From NCBI GenBank assembly GCA_964035545.1, contig OZ037772.1, positions 186,001 through 250,000 on the forward strand: a stretch of DNA of 64,000 nt. The letters run 5' to 3'. Position numbers and translations under genes: made by a program. The DNA is from Bugula neritina. Lineage: Eukaryota; Animalia; Bryozoa. A model generated the notes under the pieces. That model was not told where the DNA came from and searched no databases. It saw nothing but the letters and a program-made list of their open reading frames with translations. Below are positions 40,258 to 57,488 of this stretch, one piece after another (the stretch's first letter is position 1; each line of letters opens with the position of its first letter).

Positions 40258-41740
40258 TATAAACTAGTAAGATAACTTGGTGATATAAACTAGTAATATA
40301 ACTTGGTGATATAAACTAGTAATATAACTTGGTAACATAAACTTGTAATATAACTTGGTAATATAAACTAGTAATATAACTTGGTAATATAAACTTGTAA
40401 TATAACTTGGTAATATAAACTAGTAATATAACTTGGTAACATAAACTAGTAATATAACTTGGTAAAAATTAACTAGTAATATAACTTGGTAACATTAATT
40501 AGTAATATAACTTGGTAATATAAACTAGTAATATAACTTGGTAACATAAACTAGTAATATAACCTGGTAATATAAACTAGTAATATAACTTGGTAATATA
40601 AACTAGTAATATAACTTGGTAATACAAACTAGTGAGATAACTTGGTAATATTAACTGGTAATATAACTTGGTAATATAAACTAGTAATATAACTTGGTAA
40701 TATAAACTTGTAATATAACTTGGTAATATAAACTAGTAATATAACTTGGTAACATAAACTAGTAATATAACTTGGTAAAAATTAACTAGTAATATAACTT
40801 GGTAACATTAATTAGTAATATAACTTGGTAACATAAACTAGTAATATAACCTGGTAATATAAACTAGTAATATAACTTGATAACATAAACTGTTAATATA
40901 ACTTGGTAACATAAACTAGTAATATAACCTGGTAATATAAACTAGTAATGTAACTTGGTAATATAAACTAGTAATATAACTTGGTAACATAAACTAGTAA
41001 TATAACCTGGTAATATAAACTAGTAATATAACTTGGTAATATAAACTAGTAATATAACTTGGTAATACAAACTAGTGAGATAACTTGGTAATATTAACTG
41101 GTAATATAACTTGGCAATATAAACTAGTAATATAACTTGGTAACATAAACTGGTAATATAACTTGTTAACATAAACCGGTAATATAACTTGGTAACATAA
41201 ACTGGTAATATAACTTGGTAATATAAACCAGTAATATAACTTGGTAACATAAACTAGTAATATAACTTGGTAACATTAACTAGTAATATAACCTGGTAAT
41301 ATAAACTAGTAATATAACTTGGTAATATAAACTAGTAATATAACTTGGTAATATAAACTAGTAATATAACTTGGTAACATAAACTAGTAATATAACTTGG
41401 TAACATAAACTAGTAATATAACTTGGTAATATAAACTAGTAATATAACTTGGTAACATGAACTAGTAATATAACTTGGTAACATAAACTAGTAATATAAC
41501 TTGGTAATCTAAATTGGTAATATAACTTGGTAATATAACTTGGTAAAATAAACTAGTAATTTAACTTGGTAACATAAACTAGTAATATAACTTGGTAACA
41601 TTAACTAGTAATATAACCTGGTAATATAAACTAGTAATATAACTTGGTAATATAAACTAGTAATATAACTTGGTAATATAAACTAGTAATATAACTTGGT
41701 AACATAAACTAGTAATATAACTTGGTAACATGAACCAGTA
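40258..41740. repeat. 26-bp minisatellite (taatataacttggtaatataaactag)n, made of two related 13-mers
   Basis: About 57 tandem units. Confidence 0.95.
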
Positions 41741-41746
41741 ATTTAA

Positions 41747-43379
41747 TTAAATTAATAAGTAAATAAATAAATAAATAGTGTTACTAGACAAAGACAGACA
41801 AGATTTAGTCAAATAAATAAATTAATAAGTAAATAAATAAATAAATAGTGTTACTAGATTAAGACAGACAGAGTTAGACAATGAATTAGTAAACTGTCAA
41901 GTTGGTTAATATGATTACAATAATATAGCCTACCCAGTGAGCCCACTCCCTCAACACCTCCAACTACCCACAGCCAGAAACAACCGCAGGGATCAGAAAT
42001 TCACAGACGGGAAAAAGATCTCTGTGACCCAGTACAATCTCTAGACCACAAAAATCTCAAACCAGCAGGCTGTGAATTCTGTGATTTTGCTTTTCTTTGG
42101 CTCCACTCTTTTAGCACTACCGCCGGTAGCACAAGTCAAAGGAGGTGTAACTGTATGGAACTTCTCTATTATTCAATATTTTATTCTAGTTACAGTTAGT
42201 CGTAGTCATACTGGTCAAGTTTCACAACTTAAAGATAGACCAAAAAAATTGAAAGCATATATGTCTATTAGTGTGCAACTTGAAATGTACCTTAGAAAAG
42301 AGAGAAACAGTTAATTTTAACGCATGGTCTTCAATTAGCAATGCAAAATAAAATCAAATACTAATACAGTTATAGTTATACTCATACCGTAATAGTTATA
42401 GTAATAACCATCTTCATAATCATAATCATAATGATCATCATCATGTAGCCTACTACTACTAGCACTACTGCTACTACTAGTGGTAGTATTACTATTAGTA
42501 TTAGTATAAGTATTACTCTAATACTATTAGTATTACTATTACTACTGTGATTATTAGTACTAGTACTAGTAGTAGTACTACTAGTAGTAGTACTAGTACT
42601 AGCTTAAATTATCTAGCAATAAATGGCAAAGACTATCACTATGACTATGAGTATCGGACTCAGTATGAGATTGAGTATGGGATTGAGTATGAGTATGTAC
42701 TATGAGTATCAGTATGTTATCTGACTAAGAGTAAGAGTAAGACGAAGTGCAAGTGTTACAATAAATAAATACTACTTATTCAGATTGAGATTATTCTATA
42801 TAGTCAAAATTGAATTTCCTACATTAATTATTTCATAATATTGATAGAATTAAGAACATTTATAATTGTATCGCGATAGCCCTGATGTCTGATACAGACA
42901 TAAAATGGAAGCAAATATTACTTCTCAGCAGTTTGAAAGAAATAAGCTAAAATTCGCCTGAAATCAATACGGCGACGCTTATCGTACTTCCAGCTTTGCG
43001 ATCAAGTTAAAAGTTGTAGTTTGCGGGTTTACATGAGTACTCTTAGCGAGTCAATATCGATCATTAATTTCTATCTAGCCTTGCTTCTCAAAAACGGATT
43101 TTAAAGTCATAAAAACCATACAATTGGATATTGCTTAAGTACAATGAGAGGCGTAAGCGCACCGTCTAGATAATCTTGTCGCATTGTAAAATAAATAATG
43201 CTTGCCGTACCCACTAGGATTAGTGATGAGTTGCTTTATACTTGTGACTTATAAGTTGTAGTTTTTAACTCAATTTGACGAAACTTATTATCCTTATTTT
43301 GCTTGAAAAGGATGCTACGCTTTAAAGATTTAATTCTCTTGCATAAGCAAGTTGTAAGTAATACTAATAGTAATAGTAA
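41747..43379 (+). repeat. ~1.6-kb dispersed repeat, copy 2 (direct repeat of 4754-6478)
   Basis: Collinear near-identity with copy 1. Confidence 0.95.
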
Positions 43380-45724
43380 GAACTAAGAGGGTGCTATTTG
43401 ATAATCGCAATCAAAATGAAAATTCAATTCAATATGATATTGATAGTGCTATAATGGCATTGTCATTTGACTTTGTGATTGTAATACTTATACTGATAGT
43501 GATTCAGTCATACCGATTGTGATTGCGATTGCCCCTGGCATTGGCCTGGCTCTTATCAGTCACACTCAGTCAGTCACTCACAGTTATACTTAGTTATTGT
43601 CGTTGGGATTGCCATACTCATTAAATCATACTCATAATGATAATCATTGTGATTCACAGTGAAAGCTTGCGTGAATGTGATAACATACTAGGCATTGTGA
43701 TTAACTGATTAAATGATCATCTCTTACCTCGTTGGGTTGAACTTAGTCTTCGTTTTGAAAGTTGAAGCGTGAATAAAAGTTGTTAGTTTTGTTTTGTTTT
43801 TATTTTTGGAATTTAATTTCATAGACACTATAACTGACAGGCTTTAAGTTTAATTTTATGTCATAATGCTAATACTTGATAATAATATAAATATACTTAT
43901 AGATAGTGTTACTGTTAGATTTCGTTGCTTTAAGCCTGAAGGCCAATGTGACACTAAGCATGGATCACTGAATGAGCAATGTGAAACTGAATGTCAATTT
44001 TCAAACTTAATAGAATTCTCTATGGCACAATTATACTGACAATTATGATAAATCAATATGAGGTAATCAAGGTGACCAGATCATGTTCAGTATTCTCATT
44101 TGAATGATACACATTATAACTCACCAATTCAATCATAAAATAATTTATCAACATTTGCAAGTATTTCTCATTGTGGACGAATCAATACCATATAAAAGCC
44201 CTACTATTGAAAATGAAATATCACTACTAACTTCATAATGTCAGTGTCAATATGAACAGTTATGAGCAACACTTTCAGTACGAGATCAAGTACCATTCAC
44301 GACTGCAGTTTATGAGAACAGTGTGAGAATGTGTGTGGTGATGATCAGCCACTGTTATGTGTGCTTCAGCTCACTTAAGCTATGAATATGAATATGTGAC
44401 TAGCACAAGGGGTGGGCTTATATCTAATTATTTTCAAGCTTGGTGTAGGCCATTAAATGTTTTCATTTAAACATTAGCTAGTTGTCTCCAAATCTATTAT
44501 AAAACTGCAACTGGAGTATATTTAAATACTTTTTTCAATTTACAAAAATACATAGCTACTGCGCCCCATAATATAAGTATTATACAGAGAGTTCGAGACG
44601 GAGGGGTTAAAGAAGTTGAGTCCACCCTGTTAACAATTCATGGGCACACTATATAAATACTCAAAACTTTATAGCTGGCCACCAGTTAGAAAGACTTAGC
44701 TCTCTGTAGTATGAGAGAGAACCATGAGACTAGCTGATTGTAGTTAGCCTAGTGTGTGCTGATTAAATGTGTTCTGCAATGTTGAAACATAAAATGTGTG
44801 ATTCAAAGTCAGATAACTGTATTAGCCTTGGGTTTATTTCCTGCTGGGTTTGTCCTATCATGCTGAATAGACTGAGGAACTCTGTTTAGTGAATATAGAG
44901 GGTAGTTCTAGATATGTGTGGGTGTATTTTGTAGACCGTGTTCCTCAATGCTCCTGAGAAGTTAAAACTGGTGAGAGCTTTGAGTAGTCCAGTCCTGACA
45001 TCCACTAAGGAAAAGTGTGTTTGTATTCTTTAGATTACAACTTCATTATATAAACAGGGGAGAGTATCAGCTATGTTTGTAGCTAAGTAGAGATTTTGGT
45101 GCACATTAGAACACAAGTTTTCTTGTTCCTTGTCTAGTACAGCAGAGTAAATATAACGATTGTATCATCTCCCTGTAACTTCTCAGTATATTGACTCAGT
45201 TACTAAGAGTGACATACTGGTAGGCTGCTGTCTGCCAACATTATTCATACATTATACCTCTATTCTGATACTTATTCAGGTGATAGCAAGTAACATTTGA
45301 TAGTAATAGGATGTTAGTTGTTACCATGGTTACTAGTAGTCAACTAGTGATAATTATGAGTCAGTAGTCGACAACCTGGCTTTCCTGTGAGCTGTTCTTA
45401 TCATAGAAATATTTACTGGTAAAAAGTTATCATTTATATACACGCTGTTCTCAGACTGTGTATTAATATATATTGACAGAAATGTTACTAGTTTTACATA
45501 TGGTTTATAGTAGTGGGGGCAGAGACTGTATTAATATTGACCAGTTAGTAACACCACAGTATACAATAAAGATATATCTGAATATGTGCCATTGTATACG
45601 AGAGAGAAATTTTTTCTTTCTGTACAATACATAGTATAGTTGACTAGCTAGCTCACAGTAGACAAACCGTTATATCCATCAAATCTGTACATGTCTGAAT
45701 CGATGTACTGTACATATCCCACAG

Positions 45725-49805
<4,081 letters not shown>

Positions 49806-49819
49806 ACATGCCTCCGGCA

Positions 49820-50250
49820 ATGCTAGCAGGTGCACTGTGGTTATGCTAGCAGGTGCCCTGTGGCTATGCTAGCAGGTGCCCTGTTGCAATGCTAGCAGGG
49901 GCCCTGTGGCTATGCTAGCAGGTGCCCTGTGGCTATGCTAGCAGGTGCCCTGTGGCTATGCTAGCAGGTGCCCTGTGGCTATGCTAGCAGGTGCCCTGTT
50001 GCTATGCTAGCAGGTGCCCTGTGGCTATGCTAGCAGGTGCCCTGTGGCTATGCTAGCAGGTGCCCTGTGGCTATGCTAGCAGGTGCCCTGTTGCTATGCT
50101 AGCAGGTGCCCTGTTGCTATGCTAGCAGGTGCCCTGTGGCTATGCTAGCAGGTGCCCTGTGGCTATGCTAGCAGGTGCCCTGTGGCTATGCTAGCAGGTG
50201 CCCTGTGGCTATGCTAGCAGGTGCCCTGTGGCTATGCTAGCAGGTGCCCT
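49820..50250. repeat. 23-bp GC-rich minisatellite (ggctatgctagcaggtgccctgt)n in the presumed 3' UTR
   Basis: About 18 units starting ~15 bp after the stop codon. Confidence 0.95.
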
Positions 50251-51629
50251 CTGCTTTCCTCCGAGTTGGAAACTTCTAGAAGTTAGTCAAGATATTTCTC
50301 TTCATACACTGACACTCTCAGTTCATCTCCTAGCTCTTGTATGTGTGATGCTGTTGTCTGCACATTGTTTGTATTAAATACTTTATTCATTTGATTTTTT
50401 CAACCATTTAAAGTTAAGTTAATCTAACCCATTGCAATGCACCGCTCTGGACTTTGATTGCTTTGAAATTGTTGAGACTTTTTCTAAGCAACTTTTAATG
50501 ATATTTCAACCTCCGGAGCCTGAATAAAGTATTATATAGTATACCACAATATGATATATAATGTAATACAGTATATAGTATATAGTATATAATGCTATAT
50601 CACACAGCTCTCTCATATTCCACATAGTATATAATGCTATATCACACAGCTGTCTCATATTCAGTATCCTTCTAAATCAGACCTTTCGAAAAGCCAGCGG
50701 ACATTTTTTGTCTGCCCAATAAAAGTCTTTCACACACCTGCGCACCTTGTCAGTAGGTTATGAGGGGAAGTATAAGGTTATGAGTGTACGCAGTGGAACA
50801 AGCACCTTGCAGTGTCAGCTAGTGGGGTTAGTCAGTGTAGCAAGCACCTGTTGGATGTTGCCTTATGCCCATAGTCTGCTTAAGTACCACTGCATGTGTG
50901 CAGAACAACCACCTTGTAAATATTCTGCTAAATTATTTTGGTTTTTCTTACTCTTGTACGGGTCTTTGTCAAGTTTTGCCAAACTATTTCCCTATATAGA
51001 TAATTTAAATCCACTCCTTCTGTCAAAAAGTTGAGCTCACATTTGATTGTTACGTAGTAAATGCGAACACATGTTGGGTCTGTAATCAATTAGCTGTGCA
51101 TTCCTTGGAACAGTCGGACAATTTGACATGTTACCATGTGATTGGCTAACATTATGCTATCTCCGCCTATGAAACTGTAGTGAGTGACACTTGCAGGTCA
51201 GCTCTTGCAGGTGCTTGCAAAGTGATATTGTGGGAGATAGCTTAGAGACATATAGAGTGTGACAGAGCTGGGTACGTACATACATCTACTCTCTATAGTC
51301 AAACATCTTTTTTCTCTTTATTATATTTTATACTTTTTCTGTTTTTTTCCACCAAGTATATTCATTGTTTCTAAATCCAACCCATAATTTTTGATGATAA
51401 AAGAAATAGTTTTCATGTTGATGCAGTTGAAATATAAAATGACAATTTGAATTGGTCAGTAAATACATCCCACCGTATATGTATTTATTACGACACAACT
51501 TTCGAGGATATTTTATATTTCTACCTGCGAGTGAAAGTTTACCGTTATTTAATTTTCAAATTTTATCGAAATCAGCTTTTAGCTGTTCAACCTTACAACT
51601 ATATTGTTGCTATTTCATACTATACTATG

Positions 51630-51857
51630 ATTATTTCCTAGACTACATTACAACTATTTCCTAGACTACATTACAACTATTTCCCAGACTGAATTACAAC
51701 TATTTCTCAGACTGTATTACAACTATTTCCCAGACTACATTACAACTATTTCTCAGACTATATTACAAGTATTTCCCAGACTATATTATAGCTATTTCTC
51801 AAACTATATTACAACTATTTCTCAGACTATATTACAACTATTTCTCAGACTGTATTG
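51630..51857. repeat. 23-bp minisatellite upstream of the collagen ATG
   Basis: (ctatttcccagactacattacaa)n, about 10 units. Confidence 0.88.
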
Positions 51858-51984
51858 TGCATTTCTTTTCTAGAAAAGGCATAGCCCAAGTGTCAAGTCT
51901 TTAGTCCAGATTCTTCAACTCTAGTCTCCTATTGCGGTGGTGCAATAGGCAGAGGTGGTGGCATTGTTGAGGACTCAGTCTAAA

Positions 51985-54900
51985 ATGGCGTCTCAAGCTA
52001 AGAGCGCCCTTCTGCTATTGGCCGTTGTAATTATTGGTACTCAGGCTAGAAATGGTGAGTCTTTCCTTACTTCTGCACACAAGAGTCTGAGCTCTACTGA
52101 CTTTATTTCTAGAAGTAAAGACTAGAACATCCTTATCACAGCACAGTATTGTTTGTAGCCTTGGGTCTTCTATCCGTCTTAACAGCTCAAGTTTAAAATG
52201 TATGTCGGTTTCAGAGTAAATTATCTTGATGGATTGGAAGGAAGGAAGATCATACTAATGTTTCACAATAGTCTATTCAATCAGTCAGTTCAAAACTATT
52301 GTATGCCAACTCAATAATGACAATATTTCCACGTGTTTTAAGAAAGTCACAAATTAGAATTTAAAGTTTGTTCTGTTTTGCAAGATTTGAAGTTTTTTGA
52401 CACAATTTCTAGCATAAGAAGATTTTATTGTCAATAGCTGATACAAAGAAAAGCAGTTTTGGGTCTGTTATATGAGAAATTCATTTGCAAACATAAATGT
52501 GAGGTTTATGGGAGAGCTGTGTAAGATATGTGTCAGTGTGGAGGAAATGTTATCACTGAGTTGATGGCCTCTGCTACAGCATAATCACATGAATATGTCA
52601 CTAAATACCTTGACTATGTTATCTATCTCTGGCACTCAGTCTATGCACTTTGAAACCTGATCCATGAGAGGAAATAGCTTTGCTCTGTTCCACTTATTAC
52701 TTGCAGGTATTTTTTGTCTGAAGGTTAATTAAGTAACAGGCCACATTGATTAGCATCACTTCCCATGATGGCATGTGATAACATGTGATAGCATGTGCAC
52801 CCAGGCAGCTACAAGTAGTCAAATGACAACCACATGTCTATTGTTTTATACTTTCATTACACTCAGCACACCTGTCTGCTATCATCATATCCATGCCCCT
52901 ATTTCATGGGCAGGGCAGACAACTTCCTAACCCAGCCTGGTGTATTGACTCTCTGAGTCATCTCCTCTCAGTATATGTAGCATATGTTAAACTCAATGAC
53001 CCTAACAGTATTGATGTGCTCACCTAATTGACTCATACCTTATAACATGTGATTTTACAGTGGATGTAGAGGTTGAGCGGGTAAAGCGACAGGTTGGACA
53101 GGTGAGTCACATGTTCTTGTGTCACATGTCAAATGTCATGTCACATAGCTGGAGTGTTTACTTATAATACAGTGATATATCTTCCCTCCCTATTAACATG
53201 TTAGTAGTAGACCCTTTCCAATCTCTCTACAGTCTATAGGCCCAGTAGGCTATGATATTACGGTAGCCATTCATGAATCAGCTTATATTTTACATGTAAA
53301 GGCATCAATAAATCTAAACAATGGGACTTAATTTTGAAAATTTGACATGTTTGGACGAGTTTGAGTAAGATTCAATAGAGTTTCCTCTAATACTTTTCTA
53401 TTTGATGCATGCCTTGCAAGTTTTGGATTGATTACTTTTATCTTAATCATTTTTATTATCCCCCCTACAGTAGTTTGTATTTATCTCCCCTGCAATAGTT
53501 TGTATTTATCCCCTGCACTAGTTTGTATTTATCTCCCCTGCAATAGTTTGTATTTATCCCCTGCACTAGTTTGTATTTATCTCCCCTGCAGTTTGGCTAT
53601 CAGACTGGCAAAGGATACGTGCCAGCTGCATCTGGTTATTATTCCCCAATGCAAATGATGTTACCGGTGGGTATTACAACGCCTCCTGCACTTTAGCATG
53701 GTAGCTACTCGTAGAACTTAGGCTTATATCTGCTTACAACTAAACCTGCTGTTTGATTGTTTTGGTTGAGTCACTGCTGCACTCGGTGCTTCTGCACTCA
53801 GTGCCACTCTGTAGTTTAGCCAGATTCTAGCTGCCTCAGCTCACATGCAAATGCATATCATCGTAGGCGGGACGACCCCCTATCCCCGACATTGGGGTGT
53901 CCTCTGGAACTTCAGCCGTAAGTTTCATTATTTCCATCTCCTCTTCCTTTCTCTTTCTTTCTCTTAGTGAATAGCTTTACATCATATCAACAAATAGGAA
54001 TTCAGAATTTTAAAATAAATTTATTTTTTCCTGTAATATAAATTTCTGGACAAAGTTTAGTTACCTGATTGTATATAAATTAGAATTTCGAAAGTTGATA
54101 AAATTGTTTGATGAATTGCTGGGTGCCTCAGGCTGAGTCGAACGCCTGGGGTCTCTCGGAGAACCGCGCCATGTCTCTGCTCCGCCAGATCATGCAAGTG
54201 GCTGAACTCAACAACGTAGATTTAGATCCTGAAAGGCTGTCAGAAATAGGGGCGTCACTAGACTCCTCCTTGGGCTACGCACCGGCTGATGAGTTGGCTG
54301 AGCTGATGGAGATGGTTCCGGAAGGACTGAGTCTGGGTGACGCGTGGATCATGAAACACGCCGGCATCTCGCGACACCAGCTTGCCTTCATTCTGAGTCA
54401 TGGGTTTGTGTTGGTGAAGGGACCTCCCGGGGAGGACATGCTGCCGGCACTGCTGACCGACCATGACCTTCAGCTCCTCGAGGAAACTGACTTTGATGTT
54501 GAGCCAATGAGAAAGCTGATGAGTCTCGGCTACAGTATAGTGTTCACAGACCAGCCGTCTACTCTGCCCCACGTTGAGAGAACAACTCCTAGACTCCCTG
54601 TCAGTGCAGACGACGAGCTTGGCAGACTAGACCAGGCCGGCTTCGATATCACCACTCTCAAGTTCTTATTGAATAAGGGGTACGCCTTAGTCCCGGCCCA
54701 ACTCGGGAGTGTTATGCCTCTGAGAACAGGACTATCATCAGCTATAACCACTCGACTAACACAGGACGGGTTCGTTCTGATTGAACCTCCCAAACTCAAG
54801 GATAGCCCTCCATTTTTCCCAGTTGGTTCGCCTGTTCCGGTTGTGGGTCCACCGTCTCCTCCACACATACTTGAGGTTCAACAGGCTAACGTAGAGCCTC

Positions 54901-57433
54901 CGCAGAGTATTCGTCTGTCCAGGGCTGACACTAAAGGCAGCATTGATGCCTCTATATATAACCCACGCGTCTACACCAACACCCTCCCACAGCCAAGACC
55001 CAAGGCACATGTTGCTGCGGCCTTGCCAAGGTCATCTGCTGCACACTATAATCAACAACTGTACTCTGTGAGTCTCACTTGACCTTTAGTTGACCTCTAC
55101 CACCCTACAAACACCTTCACCAACCTCTTGCTTCTGTCTCTCTAAACAAATATGTGTGACTTGGTAACTGTTTACTCAAGTCTGTCTGTCTGTCTGTCTG
55201 TCTGTCTCTGTCTGTCTGTTAGTTGTATATGAATGCACCATAACCACGCCCACTTTGTATGACACGTCCACACAGAGCCTGTGACCGACAGGTTGTACAT
55301 AAGAAGTTTGTGCAGTTAGCATGCTACCTCCTTGTATACTAACTCTCCCCCCCCCCCGCCACCCCTCCACATGCATGATGCAATTGTAGCATAGATTCAT
55401 CAGCTTCCTTAGACTCAGTTCCCAGCATCTAATAACTTACCTACGCATTATAACTACTGCATATTTATACTTTTGTGCTGATACTGGCTATGTACTCCGT
55501 CAGATTAATGGGTTCGTTGTGACTGTATATATTTCTCTCATATGCTGTCAACTGTATATAGTTCTCTCATATGCTGCCAACTGAACTAAGTTGCTGACTC
55601 TCATCTGCAGGGTCCGCAAGGTCCTCGTGGCCCAGTAGGAGCACCGGGGCCTGTGGGTGCTGCCGGCTTTCCCGGACCTCAAGGACCAGAAGGACCACCT
55701 GGGCCAATGGGACTAGCTGGAGAGAGAGGACCTCAGGGTGCAGTCGGTAATCCTGGTAGACCAGGTGAACCAGGCAGAGATGGAGATACTGGACCAATTG
55801 GTAGGTTGAGTGTGAGAGAGATGGACATCCTATGACATTGTGACATGGTGGTTTGTGTACTATGCTTTGATATATATGGTATGATGTATTATCAGTTTCA
55901 CTCTAACATTGTGTATGCAAGTTGCAAGTAACTAATGGCTTTCCTTTGACTGAAAGGTGCACCTGGTGTCGCTGGGGAAAGGGGATCCAATGGTATGCCC
56001 GGTATGCCAGGTATTAAAGGACACAGAGGACCAACTGGTGCTCCTGGACAGAAGGGAGATACTGGAGCTCCCGGTGATAATGGTGACCCCGGTGCCCAGG
56101 TAAGAGATGAATCGTGTACCTATATCACCTGTATTCACCAGTATCTGTATCACTTGTATTCACCTGTATTCACCTGTATCTATATCACCTGGTGACGCTT
56201 GCAGGGACCACCTGGATCAACTGGTGTAGCCGGAGCACCTGGTGAAGCTGGAGAGAGGGGTGCTATCGGCCCAATTGGTGCTCCTGGTTTGTCGGGAGAT
56301 GATGGACCACCCGGACCCCAGGGACAACAAGGTGAATGCTTTGTGTTACGTGTTATTTATTATTCAATTCTCACTCAAATTTTAGAGTTGTCCTCCCTAA
56401 TTGTCTGCTCCTAATATCCAGCCGATGTGTTGTGATGTCACCAGGTGAAGTTGTAGTATTTAATTTGTCAAATATGTTTGTTTAAAGTGATCTTATTATT
56501 TTCTAAGAGAACAGATGAGTGAAATAAACAGCGTGGTACTGATTATTTTATGTTGATTTATTTCTTATCTCTAACTTTGCTGCAGGCGCAATGGGACCTC
56601 CTGGAGTACCTGGAATGCCGGGTGTCACAGGAGATAAGGGACCTACAGGTCCAATCGGTGAAGATGGAGATCGCGGAATGCCGGGACCACCCGGTTCAGA
56701 TGGCAGACCTGGTGAGATGGGACCTCCTGGTGAAAACGGAAAAGACGGAGTAGACGGTAATACCCCATCTACTCGACATCTTATCTTGTATTTGAACTGA
56801 CTGTGTGCTGTGTCAAGGTCGTTCTTATATTTCTTTGCTCTTTGCTCTGCAGGAACTCCTGGAAAACCCGGAAAGGACGGACCAACTGGTGCTATTGGAC
56901 CTATGGGTGCCGTCGGAAGACCTGGTATGCCTGGTCCCAGTGGTGATTCTGGTTCCCCCGGTGCTCCCGGAGAAAGAGGAATTCCAGGACCTACTGGTGA
57001 GCTCTGACACATAACTATTATACTGATAGTATATTACATACGTATGACTATTATACTGATAGTATATTACATACATATAACTATTATACTGATAGTATAT
57101 TACATACGTATAACTATTATACTGATAGTATATTACATACGTATAACTATTATACTGATAATATCATATCACAGTGTAGCATGAGTACAGTTGCATTGTA
57201 GGGCCTCAGGGAGAAATGGGACCTGTCGGAGAACCTGGTCCACCAGGTGCCAATGGGCTAACTGGACTCCCTGGAGATCCTGGACCTCGGGGTGACCAGG
57301 GTGCTGTCGGACCAGCTGGAATTCAGGGTCCTCAAGGATTTAGAGTAAGTGAAGCTAGTCTGAGTTAGACGTGAGGTGTAAGTAGCTTGTAAGAAATACA
57401 TTGTGTAAGTGGCGTTTGTCATGTGCTTATTTA

Positions 57434-57488
<55 letters not shown>

